Below, piece by piece: positions 25,901 to 38,799 of a stretch of 64,000 bases of DNA. This stretch comes from Rhizodiscina lignyota (lineage: Eukaryota). The position numbers were made by a program, and so were the translations under genes. Location of the stretch: the NCBI GenBank assembly GCA_010015805.1, contig ML978124.1:2418001-2482000 (forward strand), written 5' to 3'. The notes below the pieces were generated by a model. It searched no databases. It was not told the origin of the DNA and was given only the letters and a program-made list of their open reading frames with translations. Position 1 is the stretch's first letter. The number at the start of each line of letters is the position of its first letter.

Positions 25901-26925
25901 TCTCATCTCTCGGTAAGAGCAGTACATCGGCCACAGTCTTTTCCGTCCCCGACAGCTCGATGCCAAACCCCATCATCTCGAAAGGCCAGTTGAATGCGCT
26001 TAGACATGCAATGATAGGCGGATCGCCCTGTAGCATTACCGACTTTGACCCGTTAGAGCTTGCTCGCCAGTTTACGATCATCGAATCGAGAATATTCTGC
26101 TCAATTGGCCCTGAGGAGTTGCTTGGCTCGGAGTGGACCAAGAAAGTGGATTCCAAGGCCGTCAACGTTCGCGCCATGTCCACGCTTTCTACAGATTTGG
26201 CAAATCTCGTCGCGGAGACCATCCTGCAGCTCGAGGATCCAAAGAAGCGGGCGGCAATGATCAAGCAGTGGATCAAGGTCGCCGCCAAATGTCTTGAGCT
26301 GAACAATTACGATTCGCTCATGGCAATCATTTGCTCTTTGAACTCGTCGATGGTTCTTCGACTCAAGCGTACTTGGGAACACGTCTCGCAAAAGACGAAA
26401 GCCAAGTACGATGAGCTTGTTAGCATCGTTGACGTCGGCCGTAACTACGCTGTCCTGCGCCAGCGCCTTCAGAATCATGTCGCACCTTGCATCCCGTTCG
26501 TTGGTATCTACCTTACAGATCTGACATTTGTCGACGTTGGCAACCAGAGTACTCGACAACTTCCAGGAGACGGTTCTGGTGAAGGTACCTCTGTCATCAA
26601 TTTCGACAAGCACATGAAGACGGCCAAGATCATTGGTCAATTTCAACGATTCCAAGTACCTTACAAGCTCGCGGCGATACCGGAGATGCAGGACTGGATG
26701 AACTCACAGATCCAGCGCATGCGGTCAAGTGACCAGGCCAACGTTCAGAGCTATTACCGTCGCTCGCTCTTGCTCGAGCCGAGAGAAACCCAGAACTCCA
26801 AGCTAAGCCCTGGGGACAGTGGCGCGAGCATCTTCTCGAATGACAAGAAGGAAGGGTTTGATTTATGGGCAAGCTTCTCTTTCAAGAGGCCATCACACCA
26901 GCGACAACCGAGCAACACCTCATAA
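22947..26925 (+). CDS. Ras guanine-nucleotide exchange factor with N-terminal SH3, REM and Cdc25-type catalytic domain
   Basis: SH3: YMRAFYPF..GDVILIHSVHPNGWADG..RGWLPTNYC. Intron 23634-23703. REM: GGSLPALVEKLT..FYLTFRLFTTP. GEF: DPLELARQFT, LNNYDSLMAIICSLNSS, PCIPFVGIYLTDLTFVDVGN, INFDK. Confidence 0.95.
23253..23282 (+). repeat. (GAG)n coding microsatellite (poly-Glu, 10 residues)
   Basis: gaggaagaggaggaggaggaggaggaggaa, just before the SH3 domain. Confidence 0.85.
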
Positions 26926-28026
26926 CCTCATCACACCACATCACCAACAATCACGACTGATTGTTCCGCCTTTGTATCTATTCCCACATCATGAATTGAT
27001 TTCAGCGTTTTTGGAGCTTTTGCTTGGATACCACTTGCGGAATGAAGGCTCCCTTTTACGCCCGTTTTGATTTTCTGCTTTTCCCGCAACATTGTACGGC
27101 TACTACACGACTGGCGATACCTCTACTGGATTGGATTGGAGCTTTGGCGATTGCGGAGCAGATTGTTTTTTCAGGAACTGGGGCAGATTCAAACCTTTTA
27201 CGGCCCCCGTCTTTTCACGCGTTCCGACGGCTCCACGTTGAGTGCCCCTTTAACGATTTTCCTTTTTTTCTCCCGGAGTCGTCTGTTTTTGGATACCAAT
27301 ACCTCTTTAGCGAAAACGGAAAGAACTAGAAGAGCCGCGAGGGCATACTACAATATGTATTGTGTAATTGTGAAAAAAGGGGGACATTGTTCTTTTCGGC
27401 TCGAAGACAAAAATTGGCGAGGGAGCGGGCTCGCTGCCTGCGATTTGGGAGGAAAAGTTTGGATAAAAGAAAAGTCGCTTTGGGCGTTCTTTTCTGCGCT
27501 GGGGGGATGAGATTGTCGGAATTGTCAAGGAAAAGGGAAATACAATTGTACATACTGTGATGACTGGAATAAGAAATTTTGAGAGATTTCAAACAACGTT
27601 TTGGTCTTGCTATGTCCTGTGATCGATGCGACGATGTCGTACTGAAGAATGCAATTATGCACACGGAGTAGTAGCGCCTATCCTCAAGGGTGACTTTGTG
27701 CGCGAGTTCTTACTAAAGCACCTCTACCGTCGACTGGCCTGGCCTTCTAACGATCGAAAAGCGAACAAGGTAGCTTACTATAAAGATGAATCTCCCAAAA
27801 GTCATTCGCTGTTTATTACGGGCCTGCGAGATTCATAATTAGCAGTTGGCGGGGGTGCTTCGCTTGCATCCAATGTTTCCATGTTTTGCATCTTCCGTGG
27901 CTTGCAGAGCTGCTATCTAGAGATCGCAATAGGTATCATACGGATTAGTGCTTTATTGTGCATCGCGTCGCCAACTCTTCAATAAGAAAAACAGAGAGGG
28001 TTTTGAGTATTCTTGCAAAGGGGCCA

Positions 28027-28177
28027 GAGAAGTGTGTTATGAGAAGTGTGTTATGAGAAGTGTGTTATGAGAAGTGTGTTATGAGAAGTGTGTTATGAGA
28101 ATTGTGTTATGAGAAGTATATTGTAAGAAGTGTATTATGAGAAGTATGTTATGAGAAGTGTGTTATAAGAAGTATAT
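28027..28177. repeat. 14-bp tandem minisatellite (GAGAAGTGTGTTAT) x ~10.8
   Basis: Five perfect units 28027-28096 followed by mostly degenerate units. It ends about 200 bp upstream of the CHK1 ATG. Confidence 0.95.
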
Positions 28178-28373
28178 CCAGAGGTATTGTTGAAAACTGC
28201 GGCCGCGCTGGTGACCGGGGGTTCTTCCCTTTTATGGCTTAGCGCAGCACCGCCTTTGGGATTAGTACGAAAACCGCGTTGTTTACAACGCGTCTTCCCA
28301 GACTTGCAGCGAACGGATAGACAACGCACGACGAAGAGTTCATAGAGGCCATTGGAGTATTCGGATATCCAAT

Positions 28374-30119
28374 ATGACTATACAACTTCCTTCGGTAAGT
28401 TTAATTCTCTTCACATAGCCTCCATCCGCTAACCCTCGTCCAGTCTCAGCAGGTACCGCTGCCAGTAAACTTACCATTCCGCATAATATCGAAGACAATT
28501 GGACAAGGAGCCTATGCTTCGTACGTGTCAATCTAACCGTGCGCTTTGAAGTACTTCTTAAATGCAACAATTGAAAGTCTGACCTACTTCTACTATTTAG
28601 AATCCGCAAAGCTATCCCACTCAATACCTCGAAACCAGTCATCGCCATCAAATTCATCAACAAAGAGCACGCCTACGCGCACTCACGCCTACGTCCGAAA
28701 CAAATCCAGACCGAGCTAGTCCTGCACCAGCACCTCGGAAAGCACCAGAACATCATCCGCTATATCGCGCATGGCGACGATCCACTATGGATATGGATTG
28801 GAATGGAACTTGCAGAGGGTGGCGACCTCTTCGACAAGATTGAGGCAGATGTCGGTGTGGGCGAGGACATAGCGCACTTTTACTTCACACAGCTGATCAG
28901 CGCGGTGTCATACATGCATTCGAAGGGCGTGGCGCATCGGGACATCAAGCCAGAGAATATACTGCTGAGTGGCGAGGGGAACTTGAAGATTGCGGACTTT
29001 GGGCTTGCGGCGCTATTTGTGCGGGATGGGAAGAAGAGGCTATGTAACACGGTATGCGGAAGTCCACCGTACATTGCCCCAGAAATTGTGGCCGGGAAGC
29101 GGAGCAAGAGACAGGACTTGCTAGAGACGGGCTATGCGGCAAACATTGCAGACGTCTGGTCTTGTGGAGTGGTTCTGTTTGTGTTACTTGTGGGAAACAC
29201 GCCATGGGACGAGCCGACGAGGCGGAGCTATGAGTTCTGCGAATACCAGGACAATAATGGCAGGACGACAGACGAGCTGTGGACGAAGATACCGCAGGAC
29301 ATGCTGTCGCTGCTGAGAGGCATGCTGAAGCTCGATCCGAAGGGGCGCTTTACGCTTGACGAAGTCCGCACACATCCCTGGTTCACTCGACGGAATCCTC
29401 ACCTCAGTTCCTCTGGCACCGCTGCAAATCCAATAGTCCTCGCGACCCAGATGCTCGAATCGCTCAAGATTGATCTGAACGCACGAATCACGCCTTCCCA
29501 GCTCGCTGCAGCATCTGATCCAGACGCTATGGATATCGACTCCGGACCCGCTCTTCGCTCTCGCTTCTCGTCCACTCAACCTGAGACGCCAGTAGCAGAA
29601 ACAATCTTCGACTGGGAGCGCCCTCCGCGACATCCTGCTGCTGACGGAATTTCAGCAAGCCAGCCAACCTATCCACAAACTCAAGTCTCCTCCGCCACAT
29701 TGGACCGTCTCGGTGAAGACCCGTCATTCTCACAATTCTCTCAGACGCCTGCAGTGCCGATGTCTCTCACGCAAGCAGCTCGTCACTTCGGCGACATCGT
29801 CCCATCGCACAGTTTGGCACGCTTCCTTTCACCTCTTTCCTTCTCATTGCTGCTGCAGTTGCTCGTGGAGGCTCTGCATCGCCTCGGCATACCAGCACGG
29901 GCAATACAAGAGCAGGGGAGAGAAGACGCATGGTGGATTCGTGTGCAGACTATCGATGGACGACAGCAGCCGTTAAGCGGGACTGTGTTCGTGGAGCGCT
30001 ATGATGGAGAGATGCTAGAGGTACGATTTGTGAAAGCGAAGGGAGATCCGCTTGAGTGGCGGCGGTTCTTCAAGAAGGTTGTTGTTCTATGTAAGGACGG
30101 CATCATGCTTCCGAGCTGA
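28374..30119 (+). CDS. CHK1: DNA-damage checkpoint kinase Chk1
   Basis: Exons 28374-28394, 28444-28520 and 28601-30119 give LPFRIISKTIGQGAYASIRKA..AIKF..MELAEGGDLFDKIE, HRDIKPEN, DFG and CGSPPYIAPE. The C-terminus has the Chk1-type KGDPLEWRRFFK motif. Confidence 0.95.
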
Positions 30120-30650
30120 GCAGGGCTCCGGTTTTCATGCTCGTATGTGTCTTGCTTATGTTGGCAACATATGCTTGTGTGGTCAAACATGCATATGGCA
30201 ACGAGTCGGATTGACATAGATTCGGGTTGTCACTGCACAAACGATGTAGTTTTAGGAAATAGACTCATATATCAAGCCACGTGAATGCGAAATCCAACTA
30301 GACATCGATATGTATTTTGATACTCTTGCCAATATCGATTGAACAACTTAGAAAGATTTTTATATGTGCTAAAGCAAGCGCCAAATTGAATGTTTCGACT
30401 ATTCGACCTAAAAGTCGCAGGATATGGCCAGTAACTCGACTTAAGTGGGAAATTATAAGCCGAAGGTTTATGAGATTTTCCATTATTAGGTAGACCCCTC
30501 CGGAGGCTGTAGATTGGTAAAGCCCCTAAAAATCTAATAAGCCAAGAGCCACCAAGAGAATAGAGAAATTGAAAGAGGGCCAAACTCTTCATCCAAGATG
30601 CCTCCGTCACATCCTCCCGGTTCACGTTCAGTGGCAGGGAGAATAGCTTG

Positions 30651-32631
30651 TTACTGACAGTCGGACCAACGGCGATCAACAAAGTCAGGATGATTCATAT
30701 CATTTGGTTGATGAACATGTAAATTCCCAGGAAAGGTCTGAGCATGGTGACTGACCCTAGGGCGCTGAGCGGCTTGAGTCCGGTGAATGGGCGAAACTCT
30801 CGGGAATGATTGAGGTTGCTGACCAGGATATTGATGCAGAACAGGCGGGGGTAGTTGCACAGGTGGAATGTACTGAGCAGATGCCGCTTGTTGAGTATTT
30901 GGAGGTTGTTGTGACGAAGTACGTTGCTGATTGGAGGGAGCCCGCGAGATGGAAGCTCGCTGATCGAGGTGGCTTTGCTGGAGAGATGGACGGACGAGAG
31001 ATGGTTGAGAGCTAGGAGTGAGCGGAGCATATTGAGCAGGCCGTGATGGCTGAGTAGACTGATAGCCATGAGTACCTTGAGGGTACTCAGCGTAATGAGT
31101 AGATGAGGGAACAGAAGAGCTACGAGAATTTCCAGATTGCTGGAACAGTCCATTCCGGTCTACGGAGGACGTCGACGGAAGACGCTGAGGTGGTTGAGCA
31201 TTTCGAGTAGACGAGCTATATTGTAAGGATGCAGGGTACGAATGCTGCCGAGGACGCCCATTTTGTTCTGGGATGTGATTTTGAAACCAGCTTGACGGGT
31301 GCTGTTGAGGATTTGGACCATTTGAAAAGGCCTGATTCTGATTATCATGTGGACTCACTGAAGAAGCTGGAGAATAACCAGAATGCTGTTGCAAGCGACT
31401 ATGCTCCTGATTACTGCGTGGAGAAGTGTTTAATGACAGCCGTGGAGGCTGTTGAGTGTATCGATATGCCGCGAGGGAGGAACCATGTCCTGGAACTGGG
31501 GACTGCCACTGCTGATGAGGACCAGGGCCGGGTCCTTGCTCAGGAGGAAAGCGATCCGTCTGAGCGTAGTGTTGGGTCCTTGCAGCTCTTGCCGGATTCT
31601 CGCTATGCGAAGCATGTTGTACATTAACAGGTTCCTGTGTAGGCAAGGGTCGGGATAGATAATCAGGAGGTCGTTGGGAATGCAGAAACTGATGAGAGTT
31701 TTGAGGATAATGGAGGTCTTGAGGCACCCCGATATCGTTTGCGTGGAAATTGTTCGGCAGCGGAGGCTGACTGGCGTCTGACCGGCGCTGGGGGCGTCCA
31801 GGAGTTGGCTTGACCTCACGCTTTGAGCCATGGCTCTCAATTCTTCCTCCCGCTTGCGTTGATTGCGTTCCCTCCGCACCGCAAAGTCTGAGAGGTTCGC
31901 TTTCTGTTCTACAATGAATATGTCAATATACAGGTTCAATGCGCGTCATACACGTTGAAATTGTCTCACTCACTTCGCGAGAGTGTACTGGTGAGGGATC
32001 CAAATTTTTTGCCAGGCGTGTTGAATGTGATTAATCCTCGCTTTACGCATTCGCAGATCCCGATAATCATATCGTACGGCATTTCGTCGATGACAAAAAA
32101 CGTCGACTGGAAGACGTGATCTGAGTTGTGGAACAGCCACTCGAGCTCGATCTTGTCGCGGACGGTGATTCTGGTTCCATCACCGAGTGTGATCGGAATG
32201 GCTCTCCTGCTGAGTTTTGTCTTGTGGTCGAGACAGCATCGCTCTAACGTCTCGCGCGTGACGAAGTTATAATCTGCTCCAGTGTCCATTCGAGACTTCG
32301 CGGTTCTCGATTTGCCTCCCACCTGGATATTGACGATTCGGGCGACTTGCCTGAGCATTTTTCGCAGGGCCCGCCCCCTTTTCGAATGGGATCGGTTCCC
32401 ATTCCCAGAAAATGCCATCAAGAACTGCTCTTTCTTTTCCTTGATCGTCATTCTCTTAAAGAAAGACCCCGCAGCATCGCCGAGCATTGGGCTGATATGC
32501 CCATTACCGTCGCTGCTCGTGTCGCTCGTGTCACTGTCGCTGCTATTGTCGCTGACAGACTCATCATCTTCACCGTCATCAAAGTCATCGTCTGTGTCAA
32601 AATCTAGGTCGAAAAAATCATCGAATTCCAT
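30651..32631 (-). CDS. Retropepsin-like (single-domain) aspartic protease with acidic N-terminus; 3' structure (charged helix and/or Gln/Pro-rich tail) uncertain
   Basis: ATG 32631 MEFDDFFDLDF...; SRMDTGADYNFVT (DTG catalytic motif), ITLGDG flap, FFVIDEMPYDMIIG. Intron from 31973 (GTGAGT) to 31909 (TAG). The downstream Q/P-rich ORF 30651-31727 is in a different frame. Confidence 0.65.
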
Positions 32632-33251
32632 TCTCGAACAAGCACACTCTCTTGCTCTTATGTTCAACTGAAATGAGTCCTACACTATTCGGTCGAGCTT
32701 GTGACGATAAAGTGTCAGAATATCTCAGCCTCTCAAACGAGACAAGGCTTTCGATATCGCTAACCTCTAATGACTCGCTGGTTTCATCTTAACACCTCTT
32801 CGAGGATTTCAGATATATCACGATGAGAGCCCAAGGCTTATAGACATAGCCATCCCCTCAAGGCTGCGGCAGGGCGCCGACCTCTGAAGCGGCTGCTTGC
32901 AGCGCCCCTGCCTGTAAAATCCCAATCGATGCCACAGCTTGACCTCCTTTACGATACTCTCGGCGGTGTAGCTTCCGAATTCGTCACACCGGCTCTGTAT
33001 ACAAGTTCCGCAGCCGACGCAACCCCTGTGATCAAAAAACTGTCCAATAATGAGCATGAGGTTTTCTGCACTCTCACAGAAAGCCCTAGCTCGAGGACCT
33101 GTCCTTCACGTCTTGCCCTCTCCGGGCGCAAATGTCAACCTTGCGTGATGAGTACACAGCCTTGCAAGCCTGGCATAGGAGCTAACTATATATGCTATAT
33201 TGTGCGTTAAGGCCCCCATTATACGGTTGGATTGGAATTTACGCAGCAATT

Positions 33252-34281
33252 ATGGATGCCACAGTTGTTGATGCAGACGATAATGTTGACAATGGGCAGA
33301 CTGGCTATCCAGGTCTCGCAGAGCTTATGGGCAAATATCGAGATTTGAATATATTCAGCAGGTTCGCGACGCTCAATGCACGAAATCTCATCTATATGCA
33401 GGCGGAGATCTTATACCTCGAGCGAGAACTGAAAGTCATCACTTGGGTGAAGCACAAATCCCCTCTTGATGCTGACCGGGCGTACGAACGAGAGGCTAGC
33501 ACACTAATAAGCTCTATGGAGAACGAGGACTCGCAATGGAACATCGTCCTCAAGATCAGGGAAAAGTTGAAAGAGTACAGTGAGTTGCCTCACTCTGGGC
33601 CGTTTGGAGCAAATATTGACCCTTTACTCAGACCGTGCACTTCTACTGCAATCAAAAATAAATCATCTTCCTCGTGCGAGACGGCGAAATCTTAAGATTT
33701 TACAGCAGACGCTTTTGAGTCATAACCAACCCGATACTGAATTCGACGAGTGGACCGAAATTTGGGATGCGGAACGAATTTCGGATCTAATTTCATTAGC
33801 GCCACGGTCGGACTTGGATTGGTTTTCGCGTTTGATCGAATGCACGTTACTGCCTTAGTTGATGGAGAAGTCCTATCGCAGGCTTAAGGTATTCCCTAAG
33901 ATGAGTGTGGTTAGTGCTAATGCGACTGCTAATTTGAATCAGCGAGTGTTTAAGCACGATGCACCACTGATCGAGACGAAAGAGGAGTATTATCATGCCA
34001 TTTCGAAAGCCTTCAGCGTGGTTTTGTCAGCGGCAATCATCTCAGCGACGGTGCTGGCCTTGTACTATATCCCATCTCTTCACCTCCGCGTCCTGTCCAT
34101 CGTCCCATTCACTCTCTTATTCGCGACAGCCGTAGCGGTATTTACAACTGCTCGATCCGCGGAAATCTTTGGAGCAACAGCAGCGTTAGTATAATGACTC
34201 GTCTGCATTAAACTTCAGCTCACCATGAACAGATATGCCGCAGTGTCAGTGGTTTTTGTCGGAAGCACTAGTATCATGTGA
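33252..34281 (+). pseudogene. DUF6594-like membrane protein with one in-frame TAG (33856-33858)
   Basis: GYPGLAELM..IFSRFATLNARNLIYMQAEI, REKLKEY|NRALL, C-terminal TM helices ending TARSAEIFGATAA|YAAVSVVFVG. Introns 33580-33631, 33889-33942 and 34185-34232. The frame reads ..ECTLLP*LMEK.. with no usable intron over the stop. Confidence 0.75.
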
Positions 34282-35028
34282 TGGCAGAACCATCCGGCGT
34301 ATTAGAACTTCAATGACGAGGAAATGGGTTGTTTGGATGCATGCAACGTCATTTGGCAACGGAGAGTCGAGGAAGTGGAAGCTGTAAATGCACGCTCATT
34401 TGCAAAGGCTGAATGGACAGCCAGAACGGACAAACGGGCTCACCGGAGTCGCAACCTATTGATGTCAGCCTCACGGGGCGTATATTTTCACAAGATTAAA
34501 GCATCCTTTGCCTGCCAAGCACTAACTGTGGACTTAGCTTTCTGTTGTGTAACCCAGATATGCATCCACGGCACCTTCTACCCAATGAACTTTTTGCGGC
34601 TGCTGAGCGAAATCCCCAAAGTTAAGCGAGGCTGCAGGGAATGTTTACTGGACCGCTGACTCTGATCAATCATTTTTTATACTCCCCCTCCGAACAAAAT
34701 CAGTTGCCTTTGTAACGGGACCTCGACTCCATTAGAGCTTCACCGATATTCTGCAGTGCACATTGGCGATACTCAGATTACGTCCTCTCGCACATGCTTG
34801 CATACAATGCAGGCAATTGGATCGATGGTGCAGAAATGTTTGCCTTGTTTCTCAAGGCTGAATGATGCGAGTCGACTGCTCGTGATTTACTTCATGGACG
34901 TCTCTATGTTGAGAGTTAGAAATTCCATCCCTCATCTGGTATCTCTGGACTGCCGTACTAGCAACCAAACCAACAAATGAGAGCTTGAAATAAAACTTAA
35001 TTTGGTCGCGGATGAATGAACATAAAAA

Positions 35029-36186
35029 ATGAATCTTGCCAATTTCTTCGAGGTACTTGCTATTGCGGCCTCTCATTACGATTTATGCGCCCCAAACACT
35101 CGCAGTGTTCGATTTCTTTCCTTTTTACCGTCTTCACGTGGGGCGACTGACGACTGCTGATAATAGGGCGGTGGGCTCAAATCACATTACAATATTGCGA
35201 GGGCAGTGTACACCACGCTCGGGTGTTTCACTCAAGCGCATGAACTGTACAAGAGGGTAAAGCAAGGCAAGGCTGATCGGGAGCGGAACAAGGAGTCGTC
35301 CAAGTCCAGATCAAGGAGCACCGAAGATCGAAAGAATGGCAGGAGAAGGAACCAAGACTACGATGAACCGAGAAGCATTGTGGTCGTAAGCCCTCTCGGG
35401 AGGACACTGCAGGAATCCGAAGCGGCGATCTACTCCGCCTATGGGAACCACAGAAGACTGGGAGATCGATTTGAGATAGGAGACAGTATCGGATATACCG
35501 AGCTACTGGAGCAGAAGGTGCGGTTTCAGCAAAACGTTATCAAAATCCTCCAAGATGCGGCGGCTAGCGGAAGGAGCTCATATGGCCAGATCGACACGGC
35601 CGCTCTCGCCAGAGCATCCGAAATAGCGCGTGAAGGCTCGATAGAAGCGCTCAATCGTCAATACTACCGTCTGCTCGATCCAGGCCCCCGGACGAGAGCT
35701 ATTCTCGCTCCACCATCCAGTTATGGCGACATTCCTTCACGCTCTCACTCATCATCGACGCGAGGTGCAGGAAGTGAATATCTTTCGGAGGCCTCACGTT
35801 ATCCTCCAAGCAATCGGACCTTACTATTTTGTCCACATGGCAGCATGCTGCAACAAAGCTTTGACGCAGCCGTGATAGATCTGTTCGCATCTCATGGCTC
35901 TCACAGATGTGACGAATGCAATGCCGTGATCAGGATGGAGCCCAACGCAGCGTTGCGGATCTGCACGTCAGGCCGTAATGAGGGATACGAAAGGCGAAAG
36001 TTCCATATCCTCACCAAATTCTTTCTGAAGTGTCATCGGCCATGCAGCGAATTCGCATGTGCCCTTTGCTGCCGGATATATGGGGTCATCACGATTCGTC
36101 CTGATGAAGAGAGCCTGGCGCGACACCTCCGGGATCACAGTTCGCAGGAGCTTAGTGGAGATATCGATATTGAGGAGCTTTCTTGA
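35029..36186 (+). CDS. Hypothetical fungal protein with C-terminal Cys/His (zinc-binding-like) region
   Basis: Main ORF 35206-36186 contains FCPHG..HRCDEC..FFLKCH..FACALC..LARHLRDH. Probable short first exon 35029-35052 and intron 35053-35166; the start is uncertain. Confidence 0.7.
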
Positions 36187-37245
36187 TATGAGGAAGGCTG
36201 TTGAAGTGATATGGCATGACTCAAGCTTGGCTGTACATTTTTCGTTCCATGCTAAAGAAAGCAACGAAAACAGGGATCTGAAGCATAGCTAGTGATGCCA
36301 ATCTCGAAATATGAGATCACAGAGCTGAACATGATGATGAAACCTTGCTAACATCTGAGGTGTAACGTAGGATCTCAGGTGCGTTGTACGGAGAACGTAC
36401 ATACACATCCTCCGTGTAACATTCCGGCTCCTTCATTCGCAAGGCCAACGTACGGACGCCGTTGAATTGCAAGACAATTGGAAGATATCGAGTCCTCAGT
36501 TGGCCTAGAAAGTTGATTGGTTATTCATCGGGATAGAGAGAATCCATCTCAAGCAGCGGGGCTGCAGTTGGAAGAGCGCAATGGGCTCCGAGACACCCTT
36601 CTTAGCGCGCGTATGTGACATGTCCATGCTGTCCTCCCCCACGCATGGCTCGTATGGAACAGTGCGGGTGTCTGGGGTCAGAGTGCGGAGAAGGCGGAGG
36701 GGGAGCGAATCGGAGGCACTGCAATGTGGGTGAGTCAGGGTAAGGAGGTCAAAGACGCGTCGCGCGCGGCTGATCGACCGTCATGGGTGTCTCTATAGCC
36801 TTTCGACTTCATCTCACCTTTTCGCCTTCGACATGGCGTGTTCTCAGGTGATTGTATCGCAAGTCGCCGACTTTTCACTGCGACGGATGATTAGCTGAGC
36901 AGCGGGTTCTCGCCATGAGGCTCTCGGAAGGCCGGCAGCCAATAAGAGCGGCGCAGGTGGGTCGACACGATTCAGGGCGGCACTCCGTGCTCGCTGCCTG
37001 TGACGAGATTGACAAGATGTTCCAGTCTGAATTTCTTACAAACTTCCAAATCTTTTTCTTCGCCTCGACCGTTGCTTCTTCACCCACCCCTTCAATTGCC
37101 TACTTACAGTCTCTACCACTCTGGTTTTCCACCTTTCAATTTTCTCCCGAGCTCAAGCTCTTGACAATCTCTGCGGACTATCGTAAGCAGCAAACGCATA
37201 TCGCCTCCTTATCACCGATAGCGTATCGAACGCTCCCACCCAACA

Positions 37246-38421
37246 ATGGCCACCGTAGCTAGGAACTTCACGCGCAGCGCGTTCCGCTCGACGCCCTCTA
37301 CGTTTCGAACTACAGCAGCACGTAGAACCTTCGTCAATGTCCCTCGCCAGACTCTCCGCCAAAGCTTCCGCCGTGGCTTCGCCGATGAAGCTGCCCCAAA
37401 GGCAGCAAAGGCAGAGTCCACTCCTCCTCCTCCGCCACCACCGCCAAAGTCAGGCCTAGGCTCCAGCAGTATCATCCTAGGAGTAGGCTTCGTCACGGCC
37501 CTCGCAGGAGGCTACTATGTCTACATGATAAACAACGCTACTGGCGCGAACGATAAGGCCGGTGCAAGCGGCAATTTCCAGCCCACCTTCGAGGACTACC
37601 AGAAAGTCTACAACACCATCGCGAAGGCTCTGGAGGAAAATGACGACTATGACGACGGCTCCTACGGCCCCGTGCTCCTCCGTCTCGGCTGGCACTCCTC
37701 CGGCACCTACGACAAGGAGACCGGTACGGGCGGCTCCAACGGCGCAACGATGCGCTTCGACCCCGAAAGCGAACACGGTGCCAACGCCGGCTTGAAAGTT
37801 GCCCGCGACTTCTGCGAGCCGATCAAGCAACAGTACCCATGGATCTCATATGGCGACCTGTGGACACTCGGCGCCGTCTGTGCGATCCAGGAGATGCAAG
37901 GACCAATAATCCCATGGCGCCCCGGCCGCCAGGACCGCGACGTGTCGTTCTGCACGCCAGACGGCCGTCTCCCCGATGCTGCGCAGGAGCAGAAGCATGT
38001 GCGCAACATCTTCTACCGCATGGGCTTCAACGACCAAGAGATCACCGCTTTAATCGGCGCTCACGCGCTGGGCAGATGCCACGCGGACCGCAGCGGCTTC
38101 GATGGCCCGTGGACGTTCAGTCCCACGGTGGTGACGAACGACTTCTACAACCTGCTGCTGAACGAGAAGTGGGCGTGGCGAAAGTGGGACGGCCCGAAGC
38201 AGTACGAGGACGTGAAGACGAAGTCTCTGATGATGCTCCCGGCGGATATGGCGTTTGTCAAGGATAAGAAGTTTAGGGAGTATGTGGGGAAGTACGCGAA
38301 GGATAATGATCTGTGGTTCAAGGACTTTTCTGCTGCGGTTACGAAGTTGTTTGAGTTGGGTGTGCCGTTCACGAGTGGCGAGGAGAGCAGGATGAGGTTT
38401 AAGCCCACGATTGAGTCTTAA
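37246..38421 (+). CDS. CCP1: Mitochondrial cytochrome c peroxidase
   Basis: Arg-rich presequence and TM sorting segment; [48 protein letters not shown]. Intronless. Confidence 0.96.
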   Translation: MATVARNFTRSAFRSTPSTFRTTAARRTFVNVPRQTLRQSFRRGFADEAAPKAAKAESTPPPPPPPPKSGLGSSSIILGVGFVTALAGGYYVYMINNATGANDKAGASGNFQPTFEDYQKVYNTIAKALEENDDYDDGSYGPVLLRLGWHSSGTYDKETGTGGSNGATMRFDPESEHGANAGLKVARDFCEPIKQQYPWISYGDLWTLGAVCAIQEMQGPIIPWRPGRQDRDVSFCTPDGRLPDAAQEQKHVRNIFYRMGFNDQEITALIGAHALGRCHADRSGFDGPWTFSPTVVTNDFYNLLLNEKWAWRKWDGPKQYEDVKTKSLMMLPADMAFVKDKKFREYVGKYAKDNDLWFKDFSAAVTKLFELGVPFTSGEESRMRFKPTIES

Positions 38422-38799
38422 GCGCAGGAGATGATGGACCGTAGTAGAGGGTTTGATTGCTTCTGTGTTTTCTCGCAAATGACTTCTGACTCCCTCTTTC
38501 CCCTCAAATTTCCTTTTTGCATGAGCATACCATAGAGCTGATATCCTAGATTATAGCATAGCATAGAACTTCCTTTCTCTTCTCCCTTTTTGTTTCAGCA
38601 AACAGGCGTAATTCTCTTTTTCAACAGATCTTGGAAGTGAATTATTCGGCCTGCCTGAATTCAACTGCATGTAGTTACTTGGCTCAGACCATTTCAGCTA
38701 TAGATACAGCAATCTGATCTTCAGTGATCTCTCGAAACACTCCATATTCGCCGTGATTGAAGAGCCACATCAGCAAATCGATGTCCGTCCACAGTTGTA

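Noticed and set aside
31966..32631. Possible LTR retrotransposon because of the DTGA protease motif
   Set aside because: No gag, RT, RNase H or integrase motifs, no LTRs seen, and an intron is present.
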